This document shows, one piece after another, positions 12,800 through 25,125 of a stretch of DNA of 64,000 nt (its first letter is position 1; every line of letters begins with the position of its first letter). The position numbers and the translations under genes are program-made. Location: contig MU058423.1 in assembly GCA_013265495.1 (NCBI GenBank), positions 447,061 through 511,060 on the forward strand, in the 5' to 3' direction. Origin of the DNA: Vicugna vicugna (Eukaryota). Below the pieces are notes generated by a model. That model had not been told where the DNA came from and made no database searches. It saw nothing but the letters and a program-made list of their open reading frames with translations.

Positions 12800-13180
12800 A
12801 AATCCTGTCGTCTTTCCTCCTGAGCATCCAACCTCCCTTGGAATTAAGTGGGCAGCATGACTGAGTTCTGGCCGATGGATGTAGGTGAAACTGATGCCCT
12901 CCTCCCCCTTCTCCTTGCAGGCCTTGGCCATAGAAACCTGCAGGATCTTCCATACTTGGCTTTTCCCTGCCTGTGCACTAGAGGTGAAGGATTTAGAGAT
13001 TCTAGGGATGGCAATGCCCCAGGATGAAAAGAGCCTGGGACTCCATTGTCTACGCGGGATAAAGCTTTCCCTCCTTTCTACCCACTTGCGTTGATCTGTG
13101 ATGAGAACAAGAAATTCTTTCATTATGTTAAGCCTTTGAAATTTTGGCATCATTCGTCATAGCGGTAAGCCTACTTTGAC
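12800..13180 (+). mobile_element. MaLR MLT1-type LTR
   Basis: gactgagttctggccgatggatgtaggtgaa...gtgatgagaacaagaaattctttcattatgttaagcctttgaaattttgg. Confidence 0.65.
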
Positions 13181-13879
13181 AGGGTTTCAATGGACCAAAT
13201 TTCTGCAGGCACTTCAAAGTGTTATACTAATGTTGCTGGTTATTATCATGGCTTTTATTCTAGAAAATCTTTTGAGTGCACAGAGGCAGATTTTTTCCAG
13301 GCTCTGTATGGTTCCTAGATCTTCTTAAGGATGGAGAGTGGACCAGGGGAGACCCTTGGAAAATATCCGGTGGTCTGATTGAATGGAGGTGTGCATATCT
13401 AGGTGCCAAGGCTAAGACTCCTTTCAGGAAGGGGAGCCCTGATTTAATATCATGCTGGGTGGAGCAGACCCATCTCAGAATAGACAGCAGCAGGACCCAG
13501 AGCAGGGGGCCTTCCTGTGGCCCTAGGACCAGCTATCTGAGCATCAGCTGCTTGAGGGTGGGCACTCCAGGGTTAAAAAAGGGAAGTGAAATAGAATCAA
13601 TTGTCAGCAGGCTCCAGGAGACCTCTTTTCCCTTCATACATGACTGTTCCCAGCGTCTGGTCCCCTTTGACTCTGAACCACGGTCTCCTGACCTGGCCCA
13701 GCAGGGGCCCAATAGAAGACACAGAACACCCTGCAGATGTTGACTTGTCCACTGGATCTGGGCAGGATGAGTCCACAGTCTCCTGGGCTGTTTCTCCGAG
13801 GAAGTCACAGATAATCAGAGCTGTACTCCTGATGGACAGAAAGGGGAAGGGAGGAAGAGGGATGGGACTCACTTTATCC

Positions 13880-14085
13880 ATCACCAGGCACTGGCCAGAT
13901 ACTTTATCTACATTAACTCTTTGAATGCTCACAACAACTCTGAGATAGGTATTATTATTCCCAATTTGACAGACAAAGAAAGAGGTCGAGGGAGGTAGAG
14001 TGACTTGCCTAGGACCACACAGCTGGTAAATATTGGCGCCAGGCTTCAAACCCCAGTCTCTGACTGAAAGCTGGGTCCCTGACAC
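13880..14085 (-). mobile_element. MIR SINE
   Basis: ctcacaacaactctgagataggtattattattcccaatttgacagac...gtgacttgcctaggaccacacagctggtaa. Confidence 0.8.
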
Positions 14086-16649
14086 TGTACCTCCGAGCCT
14101 TCCCAACAGGATGGAGATACAGTCCTGCCCCCCAGGACGGGCTGAGAAAAGTGAGCTCCTGGCTCTGTCCTGGGACTCCTTGAGGGGTTGGCCCCTCTCA
14201 CCAGCAGGTCTGCCTCCTGAGTTTGGGAAAAGCTCCTCCCTGTGAGCCTTGGGTCAACAGGCAGAGACCTCCAGGAAAAGGAAATGGGGGAGGGGCAGGG
14301 TGGGTGCTGGGGGAGAAGGAAGGGGAGGGAGTTAAGGGGGAGGAAGAAAAGGAGGGGAAGAGGAAGCTGGGAAGGTCAAACGTGGAAAGGACGTTTTCCC
14401 TGGAGGTTTTCATATGGCGGTCAGTGCTCTCACTGTGGGAGGGAGGGTGGTGGCCTGCCCCTGGGCATCTGGGTGCTCTTCAGCGCTTGAGAACCTGTGA
14501 GGATTTGATGCCTCCCTGGTCCCTAGCTGGTTCTCAGTTTAGCCTCACCCAGAAATTGACAACCTTAACTGTTTTCAATTGAGTAATCAATCATTCAAAA
14601 CCCAGCCCCGCTCTGAGTCTCCTTCTGGAGCTGCAAACCTTCAGCCGAACCTGTTTCTGGGGACAAGACGTGTACCGGGTGTGTTGGGGTGGAGTCATCT
14701 CTTCTGGTCCAGATGCGCCTGGCCTAGGAGGCCAGGATGGGTATCACCACACGGTTTTCTGGCAGCTCTGCTAGGCCATCTAGCCGGCTCCTCTGAGAGA
14801 CGCCTGGCCTAACAATGCTGTATTTCCAATTGTCATGCCATTAATATTGATGTCTAGCCCAAAAAGCTTTCAACAACAGCCAACACCACTTCTCTGATCT
14901 TGACTGGGAGAAGAAAATGCATGAAAAAGCAAATTGCTTCTCTGGTCACAGGCCTCTGGCTCAGGGAGGCTGTTGGGCTGGGTCTGCTGTGGAGCGCCCC
15001 AACACCGCAGCCTCCCTGCTAGCCTTTCCATGGGTGCTGAGCTCCAGGGAAGGTAATGAGGATTCTGGCGAGTGGCTTGTGAAGCAGTGTTGTGTTCTGT
15101 ATTTTGCTCAGACTTGGAGTGAAGCAGGAGGAGGGAGCAGGGGCTGAGCCTTTAGAAATAACACCCAGGCGCCCTGAGGATGTGCTCACGTGTTGGCATC
15201 AGAGAGGGAAAAAAATCTGCGCAGAATCTCATTAAACCTACTTAACGTGAGAATTCCTGTGTTGTGGAAAATCGAGATTCTGCATGCTGTTTTGAAGCTA
15301 ATCTGTTAGAACCACATGTTTAGTTTACTTTCAAAATCACCCCTCTTTTTTTGAGAGAAGGAGTGCCTTTAGTCATGTTCCTAATTTTAAGAGGCTCTGC
15401 CAGTCTTTTTCACCAGTTGAATTATAATGAGACCAATGAGGTCATTGTCGGTGGGTTAATTATAGCAAGGCTGGTGAGAAAATTCAACCTCCTTTGATAA
15501 ACACAGCTTAGCTACTGTAAGTGAACAATTTTCTACAGCAAACATCTCAACACGTGTTGTCTCCTTTAGCAAACTTTAATGGGCTCGTGATTCCAAGTCC
15601 TTAGAACTCTTAAGGTAGTCAGTGTTATAGGAAAGTTCTTTGCCTTTTTTCATGACAAGACTTAGATGGGAACTCAACTTAATGCTGACAAGATACAGAA
15701 AAAGTGTGGATTTAACCTAAATTTTGCATCTGATATGTAAATATTGTCTAACCCTTTTCATCTGTCTCAGCAAGGGCCCATGCTAACCCTAGGTTTGGCA
15801 TCCTCAAAGCACTTGTGTCAACAGTTCTTTTTATTTAGTGTTTTTTCTTAATGTTTTTTTCATTAGATGCCATTTAATCAAAGCTGAATAAAATATTTGA
15901 AGATTATTATATGCATATATCTCCATATCTAGTTGTGCTACTTGCAGAACAAGTTACTCTGCAATACAATGGGGTAGAACTGGAAAAAGCTAGAAAGTTG
16001 CCTTCGAGAGAAGAAAATTTGGGGTGGGCAGCTTTCTGCAGATTTGATCCTCTCTTGGGTACCACTTGAGACCTGAATATATATGGTGGTATTCCTTGCA
16101 AGGGAGCGAACCCTAGAGAACACTGAAGGCACAGTATTTTAGAATCAGAAGGTCCAGTATGGTGTTTTTTGGCTAATCCTTGTCCAATGTATGATTTTAT
16201 CTGAACTGTATCTATAGTAGGACTCTATGAGTACAGCACCCACCCTGGGGCCTGGGGCACAGTGGGTGCTTAATAAATGTTGAATGATTAGATGGATCAA
16301 TGAGCAGCCTCTTAAGCTGGAGGAAGAGCTCACTGCCTCCCAAGCTGCCTGCGGTGTCTGGGCCCCAGAGGACAGATCAATTTCCTCTAACTGTAACTAG
16401 CTATGACTCTCGCCAGTGGGTGCCCTATCTCCTCTGGGCTCAGGATATTGAGTGACAGCGGGACAATCAGGAGAAAAGTGATCCCAAATCATCCTGAAGA
16501 TAGAATAGTAGTTGGATGGCAGCCTGGATATGCTCTGATTGGGGTGTGCTGGTCACTCTTTAGACCAAAGAGCTCAAAGCATTGTCCCTCCCATCACTTC
16601 GTCCTGCTGGTTTTGCATGGAAGGGCAAGATGGTTCCATTTCACTAGAT

Positions 16650-16880
16650 CACGGGTTGGCACACTTTTTCTGCAAAAAACCGTATAGCAAATATTTTGAG
16701 ATTTGTGGGCCATACAGTTTCTGTCACAACCACTCAATCGTGAGTGTGAAAGTGGACACAAACAGTAGGTAAACAAATGAGCATGGCTGTGTTCTGATAA
16801 AACTTTATTATTTATTTATTTATTTAGATAAAACTTTATTTATTATTTGGCCCAAGGGCCGTACTTTTCATTAGCCTATG
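16650..16880 (+). mobile_element. hAT-Charlie MITE (MER58-like)
   Basis: gggttggcacactttttctg...aaatattttgagatttgtgggccatacagtttctgtcacaaccactcaa...aaatgagcatggctgtgttctgataaaactttatt. Confidence 0.8.
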
Positions 16881-16924
16881 AGGTCATGGAGCAGAGAGTG
16901 TGTGTTTCTTTTTTTGTCTTGAGA

Positions 16925-17165
16925 GGGAGCGTTCAGCAGTGGTTAAGAGGATGGTCTGAGATCAGATGGTCTGTGTTCAAACCCTGTTCCACCACTTCCT
17001 AGCTGGGAGACATAAATGTGTTGCTTAATTTCTTTGTGCCTCAGTGTCTCACGTGTAAAGTGAGGATAATGGTAGTGTCCACCTCACAGGGATATTGTGA
17101 GAATTAAGTGAGATAATTTAAGCAAAGTGCTTAGAACAGTGTCCATACCCAACATTCAGGTGGTG
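16925..17165 (+). mobile_element. MIR SINE, near full length
   Basis: agtggttaagagg...gttcaaaccc...tgcctcagtgtctcacgtgtaaagtgaggataat...gtgcttagaacagtg. Confidence 0.85.
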
Positions 17166-17445
17166 AACATTAAGCTATTCTTAGTTGATCTCCAACACTT
17201 AGCACAATGCTTGGCACAATGAAGATGCTCAAGAAATATCTATGTCATGAATCTGAGGCCCAGGAAGGGGAAACATCTAGTGTGATGTCTCAGAACGAGG
17301 TGGGAGCAACACCATGTCACGAACCACAGAGCTGACTTCCAGACTTCAGTCCTGTCTTCCTGAAGACTTCAGTGCTGTGACAAGTTCTGTTAGGAAAACT
17401 TCAAGTCATTTATAGTTTCATCACTCTCTACAGATCAACTCTTTA

Positions 17446-18234
17446 AAAAAATTCTTACTTTTTATTGAAGTGTAGTCAGTTTAGTTTTAGGTGTACAGCA
17501 AAGTGATTCAGTTATACATACACACACACACACATATATATATATTTTTTTTTTTTCAGATTCTTTTCCATTACAGTGCATTACAAGAAATTGTATACTT
17601 CCCTGTGCAATACGGCAGGTCTTTGTTATCTATTTTATATATAGTAATGTGTCTCTATTAATCCCAAATTTCTAATCTATTCCTCCCCCCTGCTTTCTTC
17701 CCTGGTAACCACAGTTTGTTTTCTATGTCTGTGAATCTATTTCTGGTTTGTAAATAAAATTTGTAGTTTTTTAGAATCTACATATAAATGAAATCATATG
17801 ATACTTGTCTTTCTCTGTCTGACTTCTTACTTCACTTAATATGATAATCTCTAGGTCCATCCATGTTGTTGCAAATGGCATTATTTCATTCTTTTTTACG
17901 GCTGAGTAATACTCCATTATATATGTGTATAACATATATATAACATATATCATATATGCCACATATATAATATATATAATATACATATATACACATACAC
18001 ACCACATCTTCTTTATCCAGTCATCTGTGTTTGTTTCCATGTCTTGGCTATAAATAGTGTTGCTATGACTATTGGGGTACATGGGGTACATATGTCTTTT
18101 TGAATTAGAGTTTCCTTCAGATATATGCCCAGGAGTGGAATTGCTGGATCATATGGTAGTTCTATTGTTAGTTTTCTAAGATACCTACATACTGTCCTCC
18201 ATAGTGGCTGCACCAATTTACATTCCCATCAACT
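17446..18234 (-). mobile_element. 5'-truncated L1 (ORF2 C-terminus plus 3' UTR), lineage-type
   Basis: peptides [29 protein letters not shown] and MEYYSAVKKNEIMPFATTWMDLEIIILSEV; TSD agatcaactcttta (17432-17445) / agatcaacttttta (18235-18248). Confidence 0.92.
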
Positions 18235-19839
18235 AGATCAACTTTTTATAGGTTCATTGCCTTCGCTCTCCGAACCCTGGAAACCATATTCCCTAAGGGA
18301 TGAGGGTTACAGAAAAAAACCTTCAACTTCTAGGTTGTTCTGTGTGTTCTCTGTGTGCTTATCTCCTACCTTTTCAGTTCACACTACCTTTTCCCAGGTC
18401 CAGCACAGTAGTAGCAGTGACGGGGGGTTGGTAGGGTGGGATGAGGTCTGGGTAATGGACACGAGTGGAGCAAAGAGCAGAGGTGGATGGTCCGGGAAGG
18501 GGGAGCCTCACCCTCTGTTGGGGGCTTGCTGCCGCACCTGCTCCACATTTCCCAGAGTGCCTGGACCAGGAGATGCAGCAGGCAAGGACTTCCATTTCTG
18601 AACAGATGAAGGATGAATTTCACACCCTATTTAGCTTTCATGGGCTTGCCATCTTTGCACCTGAGTAGCTGTTGATGACCCCTTTTCCCTGCCTTTCTCA
18701 CTTACTGTCTGTTCAGCACCCCTCCCCCTCTCCTCAGCTACCGCAGCCAGAGGGTTGGGGCAGGAGCCGAGGTGGGTGGGCTCTGCTCCTCCTCTGGTGT
18801 GCTGGCACCTCCCCAGCCTGGGCAGAAGGGGGAAGCCTTAGGCAGCTCACAGATTGGGAAAGGATGAAGTGAGGGAGGACGTCAGGACTGGGATTCGCAG
18901 GGTGGAGGGACTTGGGTGGGCTCATCTGAATGGCACTGGGAAAACTCTCCTGGAGAGGACTTACTCTGTGTGAGGTGCACCCCCAGCGCCCACGTCCAGC
19001 CCTCACGGAGGCGAGGCCCCCCATCTCTCCACCACAGACATGACTGCATACTCACCCCAGGCCGGGCCGCCGAGAAAGACTTTCTTTTCCAAGTTCCCAG
19101 CTCCTCCAGTGCCCTGTGTAAAGTGTTAACAAGGTCCTTGCAGTATTTTCCACGTGGGAGCCGACCCTCCCTCCCTCTCAAAGGTCACCAAAGCTGGGCT
19201 TGAAGCTGGTGAAGTGCCAAGGAGCTCTGCTCCGAGGGGCTGTGGTTGCTATACACCAACTCATCTCATTTGAAACAAAGTGTTTCCAGCCTCTTGGCAG
19301 CCAGCTGTTTCTGTGTCCGAGGAAGCCTACTGGCCATGTGCCTCCTGGTGGGCTTCTCTGCAGGGCCCTGAGAGTGAGCAGTCCTTCATATTTTGCACTG
19401 TCAGTGCCTCATTTGCCTCTCCAAATTCCAGCCTTCCTCCTTTCGGAACCGAAGGCCCCATGCAGCCAGACCACCAGCTGGGCCCCTAGAAGCCTCATGG
19501 GGCAGAGGGGAGACCCCACCATGGGGTGGCTCTGCTCCAGCTGGGGGACGGCTGCCACATGGGAAGGTGATGGGTGGATAGCTCATTTGCTTTGGTTCGG
19601 GGTTGCATGAGGTCATTGTGACCAGGGCTGGATGACGTCTCCAAGCTCTGGCCACTGGTTCATTTCCTCCCCAAATCTCAAAAGAGCAAGGCATTGGCCA
19701 GGGAAGAGCCTAGAGGACTTGGGAGACAGGGGCTGTGAGTTTGGGTTTTGCCTTGAAAAGGAAATGGCTTGTGCTTTGTGCCTTGGGGCCCTGACCAGTT
19801 GACTACGGGCAGCTCAAGTCTTTCTCCTCACTCTCTCCA

Positions 19840-20015
19840 GCAAGGCTTCCTAACCTGGGGTCACTGAATGTTGCATGGGCTTTGGGAATCCTGTGAACAC
19901 CTGAATTGGCATGTAATGTGTGTGTGTGTGTGTGCATTTTCCTGGGAGGAGGCCTGCAGCTTTCATCAGATTCTCAAAGAGGTCAGTGGTCCCGAAAGGG
20001 TTAAAGAAACACTGT
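19840..20015. mobile_element. hAT-type MITE remnant
   Basis: cttcctaacctgggg...agctttcatcagattctcaaagaggtc...ggttaaagaaacactg terminal motifs. Confidence 0.6.
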
Positions 20016-20287
20016 TTGTCCATTGAAGCAGGAAGTTGTTCTAGGGAAGTTCTTCTGGGAAGGTCCTTATCTAAGGACCGAGCTTTGTGTTGGAGATGAG
20101 TGGAAATAAGGGACAGGAGCTGGGGGACTTGTTAGAGCCACCTGGCCTGTATCCCTGGGCCTCAGAACTCTCATTGTGGGGTGTATGAAAGTTCCTGTAA
20201 CACTCACCTTTCCCTAAATGTTTATTATTTTTACCCTTTATCTCTTTGTTACTAAAAGAAAACAAAGTAAGAAACATCGACTTACTT

Positions 20288-21150
20288 CAAGAGAATGAGA
20301 AGACAAGCCACAGACTAAAGGACAAATATTTGCAAAAGACATATTTGATAAAGGACTATTTAAAATATACTAAGAACTATTAAAACTTGACAATCAGAAA
20401 AGGACAACCTGATTAAAAAATGAGTAAAAGACCTGAACACCGAAGTAAAAGGCACCTCACCAAAGAAGATGTGAAAAGTTAATACACATACAAGGAGATG
20501 CTCCGCCTCGTACGTCACTGAGGAAATACAAATGTAAACAACAATGAGATACCACTGCATACGTATGAGCATGGCCCAAATCCAAAACACTAGCAACACC
20601 AAATGCTGGCGAGGATTTGGTGCAATAGGAACTCTCATTCATTGCTAGTGGGAATGCAAAATGGTACAGCCACTCTGGAAGACAATTTGGCAGTTTCTTA
20701 CAAAACTAAATACACTCTCACCATACGATCCAGCAATCACGCTCCTTGGTATTTACCCAGAATTGTTGAAAACTTATATCAGTGCAAAAATCTGCACATG
20801 GATATTTATAGCAGTCTTATTCATAATGGCCAAAATTTGGAAGTAAACAAGATGCCCTTCAGTAGGTAAGTGGATTAGCTATCCAGACAATGGAATATTA
20901 GTCAGCACTAAAAAAGAAATGAGTTACTGAGTCATGAAGAGACATGGAGGAAACATAAATGCATATGACTAAGTGAAAGAAGCCAACCTGAAAAGGCTAA
21001 ATATTATATGATTCCAACTGTATGACATCACAGAAAAGGCAAAACTATGGAGACAGTGAAAAGACCAGTGGTTGCCAGGGGTTGGGGGTGAGGAGGCATG
21101 AATAGGCAGAGCACAGAGGATTTTTAGGGCAGGAGTGAAAATACTCTGTG
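20288..21150 (+). mobile_element. Old L1 (L1MC/L1MB-type) ORF2 3' end plus 3' UTR
   Basis: peptide MVQPLWKTIWQFLTKLNTLSPYDPAITLLGIYP; 3' UTR ggcaaaactatggagacagtgaaaagaccagtggttgccagggg. Confidence 0.88.
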
Positions 21151-21159
21151 TTTTAGCCC

Positions 21160-21325
21160 ACCTTGGAATTACCTGGGAGGCTTATTAAAACATCAGTTCA
21201 GAGGCCCCATCTCTGAAGTTTCTGATTCAGTAAGCCTGGGAGGATGCCAAGAACATGCATTTCTAACACGTTCCCAGGTGATGTCGATGCAGCTGGTCTA
21301 GAAACCACCCTTTGAGAACTGCTGT
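21160..21325 (+). mobile_element. MER5A-like hAT-Charlie MITE
   Basis: tttctgattcagtaag...gcatttctaacacgttcccaggtgatgtcgatgcagctggtc...ctttgagaactgctg. Confidence 0.8.
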
Positions 21326-21349
21326 TCTTTACCAGATATTTCTATCTTT

Positions 21350-21530
21350 CAGTAACTTTCACACTCCTAGTTGAATCTCAGTCCTGCGAGGAAGAGTTAC
21401 TTTCACCTCCATTTTACAGATAGGTAAGTAGAGGCTTAGAGAGGTGAGGTAACTTGCTGAAGATCATACACCCAGTGAATGATGCCAGGGCCCCTGAATT
21501 CAGTCTTCCTGACTCTGAAGACCAGCTCTC
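21350..21530 (-). mobile_element. MIR SINE
   Basis: ccattttacagataggtaagtagaggcttagagaggtgaggtaacttgc. Confidence 0.75.
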
Positions 21531-21719
21531 TCTTTGAGTCCCAGTCTCGCAGAGTCCTGGGGACCAGTAGAGGCCAGGGCCCCCAGGCCTATGGCAGGCT
21601 GGAGGTGAAGCCAGAGGCAGGCTGGAGCCCAGCTCGCTCTGATTGGGGCTTACTCTTTCTTGGCTGGCCTGGGGAAGGCTCCTGATTCCTGAGCGGCTTG
21701 GCACTTGCTTCCCCAGACC

Positions 21720-22440
21720 CCCTCCCTCCCAAGGAGCAGCTGTGAAGTTGACGAATTACACTAAACTGTGATGTCTCCTCGGGAGCCTGTTCCAGGGTGT
21801 GCGGTGGTGATGGCTGCCTGCGAAGGCGACAGGCACGTGGTCTGCAAACGAGCAAGGCTCTCGTTCCCTCGCTCAGCACAGCAGCTGCTCGGAGGCAGCG
21901 TGGGCCCTGAGCGGCCCGCCGGGGGGAGCCTGTTAGAGCCACAACACTGAAAAGCACAGCAGAAATGCTCCATTAGATCCGGTGGGGGGCCTGCTTAACA
22001 ATGGGACGGGCCCCAGGGGTCCCAGCTCGGCTCAGTCCTGCCTCAGTCTCCAGCCTGGCTCCCTTTCCCCAACCCTCAGTCCTTCCCAGAGGAGTACTGA
22101 GTCCTAATAACTTGAGTGAATCTGAGTTTCAGGCTGGGGTCGGTGAGAGTGTGGCTAGGATGGTGTGGTGGGAGCCCAGGAGGGGAGCAAACATGAGGCA
22201 TGTTCTCCACCCTGCCTAGGCGGGAGATGGGCGTGCTATTAGTTGCGGGTCATAACGTTACTGAGGATGCAGAATGCTCTGGGCAAGAGGGCCCCCTGCT
22301 CTGCATCTTGCACTTTAGAGGGTACCACTCTGCCCTCTTCCAGCCGTAACCCTCCCTGAAGGGCAAGGAATCCTTGGCGCTTTGAGGATAGGCTTATGCA
22401 AGTCACGTGACTCCCCCGCCCCGCCATGCTTCAGGTACCT
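21720..22440. promoter_or_regulatory. CpG-enriched unique segment, candidate enhancer or alternative promoter
   Basis: locally frequent CpG; E-boxes CACGTG and CAGCTG; AGTCACGTGACT directly followed by a GC box at 22401-22425. Confidence 0.4.
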
Positions 22441-22515
22441 GGGAACCTGCAGTTCTCTGCTCAAAAGCTCCAAACCAGCTCAGCGGGTCTGCCCAAGCTT
22501 CTACCCCAACATATC

Positions 22516-22672
22516 TTTTTTTCTTTTTTTTTAATTTTTGGTGGGGGGCAGGTAATTAGGTTTATTTATTTACTTTTATTCAAATTTTTTTTTAAATGAA
22601 AGTACTGGGGATTGAGTCCAGGACCTCCTGCACGCTAAGCATGTGCTCTACTACTGAGCTCTACCCTCCCCC
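22516..22672 (-). mobile_element. tRNA-derived SINE (vic-1-like)
   Basis: T-rich tail; ggtaattaggtttatt; gtactggggattgagtccaggacc...gctaagcatgtgctctactactgagctctaccctcccc. Confidence 0.88.
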
Positions 22673-23809
22673 TAACCCCCGCTGCCAGCATGTCTGTTAA
22701 AGAGTGGACTGTGTCCTTGTGGGTTGTGGGCTGGATGTGCACGTGTGTATGTGTGTGTGTGAGGTCCTTCAAGGTGAGTGAGAACCCTGTGTGGGAAGAG
22801 GTGGGGAGGCAGCCTGGGGAGTAGAGGTCATCTTTCCCCATAACTCCACGTGCCGGAGCAGAACTCCAAGGAGCCTGAGAATTCTAGATTTAAACTTCCC
22901 AGGCTTATGAAGATGTATTTGTCAAGGAGAGTATATTTTATCTCGCAGTTTGTTAGTTTGATTTATGACTTTTGACTGTCCTGTTCTTGGCCCCGTAAGT
23001 GTTAGGGGTGTGCCCAAGTGAAAGTGGTGGTGAGAACAGGCCTCAAAGGCCCCCGTGAAGCAGCCAGGCCAAGCGCCATGCTTTCAGACCACCAAGCAGA
23101 GTGTCAGTGAAGGGGGCCACACTGGGCAATGCTCCGAGCCCCGGGGAAACACTCATTTGTCTTCTGGGATAAGACTGACGACCAGGGTGCTGATGAGCTG
23201 GCGGGAGCCCTGTGACCCACGGTCTTGTGAGGAAAGGGCTCTAATTTAGGCTCACCCTCTGTCACTTTTGACCACGACCTTGGCCACACCATTGACCCCA
23301 GGCTGTCTTCCTTTATAATCTGGTGCTTGTGTCTCTTCCCCTTCCTAGTTGTCCTCCCCCCGGTGGCCTCCACTCCCAGCCAGCCACAGACGAACCATGA
23401 ATTGTACAGTCACTCTCAGGAGGGAACAGGTCACCAAGGGAGGAAGCCCCTTCCTCGGGGGTCCCCTACGTGGTAAAGATCCCTGCTAGACTTGGCAGGG
23501 TTAGGAGTGGTGCTGCTGGAGGCTTTACTGGGGAGGGGGGGTAGAAAGGAGAGACCACCTCTGTGATTTCCAGGTGGCCTCGCTGTTGGGAGAGAGTAGA
23601 GGACAAGGAGGGAGGGTGAGAAGTCCCTTCTTACACTTACTGGAAACCAAACATTGGTGGGAAGAGATGACAGGCACAGAGACAGATCAGTAGAGAGAGA
23701 GGTAGGGATGATAGGGACTGAGGTCAAGATCAAGATCCAGGAAAGCCCTTGACCTGTCTCTGTGTCTATCATCTCTTTCTCTCTCATTTTTTATTTTTTA
23801 AACCAAGTG

Positions 23810-24015
23810 TGAGGTTTTACCATCTTTCCTGAATGCCTACTATATTCTAGGCTGTGTGCCATGCTCTGACCTTATTCAGTCCTTACGAGAACCCTTCCAG
23901 GTATTCTCCCCATTTTATAAATGAAGAAATAGACTCTCAGAGGGGAAGCAACAGACTTGAGGCCATGTAGCTCAGAAATGGTAGCGCTGGGGCCCAAGGC
24001 CACGTCATCTGACTT
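23810..24015 (-). mobile_element. MIR SINE
   Basis: ccccattttataaatgaagaaatagactctcagagggg. Confidence 0.7.
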
Positions 24016-24838
24016 TGAGTTTTGTGTGTTTTTCTGCTGTTTCCACCAAGGGAAGACTACCCCAGGTGCTTTTTTTTTTTTTTTTTAATCAGGAAAGAGA
24101 AATGCTGCCTGGAGTGTTTGCTTATCTCTCTCCAGCAGCATTCCCAGGGGTCCTGGGTCCCGGCTTCGGGGAGCATGAGGGGCCCAGGCACTGTCTCCCT
24201 CAGACGCGGCCCATCTGCTCCCGCAGCGCCTCGCCGCCTGCTCGGCTGTCGGGAGTGCCCCGCAGTCAGGCTGCACAGGCTGGCTTTGACAACGCTGCAG
24301 AAGCTGTAAAAACAGCTGTTTGACGTTCCCTGCTGCTTTTCAAAACAAAACAGCCAGCAGAGAGGTTGACAGAAATGCAGAAAGTACCCTTGTTTTCATG
24401 TGGCTGGAGATTGTTTTACTCGGAGAACATTTTGTTTTCCCTTCTTTGCTCTCGTCCCTAATTAACGTACCTACCCAGTCTTTCCCTCTACTCTTTCTTC
24501 CCTCTCTCCACTTTTACCTTCCTTCTTCCTTCCATTGAAAAAAATCTTCCTGCTTCTGTTTCTATGACTTTTTTCCACCTACATTTTATTCTCTCCAAGG
24601 GCACTCCTTAACTCTTTCTCTTTCCTCCTTATTTTTTATATCTTCCATGCTTTTGTGCATTAATTTGTCTCTCTACCTTTGGCACATACCATCCCAAATG
24701 TATGGTTTTATGAATTCCAGTGTTAGTTTTATGATATCCAAGGGGTCTTCAGTTAATCCAAAGTGGGGGCAGGAAATTCTAAAACAAAATGAACCAACCC
24801 CCAAACCATCATTTAATTTAGATGAATGTCAGTATGCC

Positions 24839-25125
24839 TGAGAGTGGGCATCCTTGTCTTGCTCCAGCTTTTAGTGGGAAGGCTTTCAACTTTTCACTGT
24901 TGAGTACTATGCTGGCTGTGGGTTTGTCGTAAATAGCTTTTATTATGTTGAGATATGTCCCCTCTATGACCCCTTTGGTAAAAAGTTTTATCATGAATGA
25001 ATGTTGAATTTTATCAAATGCTTTTTCTGCATCTATTGAGATGATCATGTGATTTTTGTCCGTCCTTTTGTTGATGTGGTGTATCACATGAATTGATTTG
25101 TGCATGTTGAACCACCCCGTGGACC
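24839..25125 (-). mobile_element. Isolated internal L1 ORF2 reverse-transcriptase fragment, no poly(A), flanked by direct repeats
   Basis: open frame [17 protein letters not shown]...[18 protein letters not shown]...[28 protein letters not shown] at 24832-24841 and 25126-25135. Confidence 0.9.

Noticed and set aside
14286..14375. G-quadruplex-capable purine tract
   Set aside because: The motif is present, but such tracts are common and nothing here supports a function.
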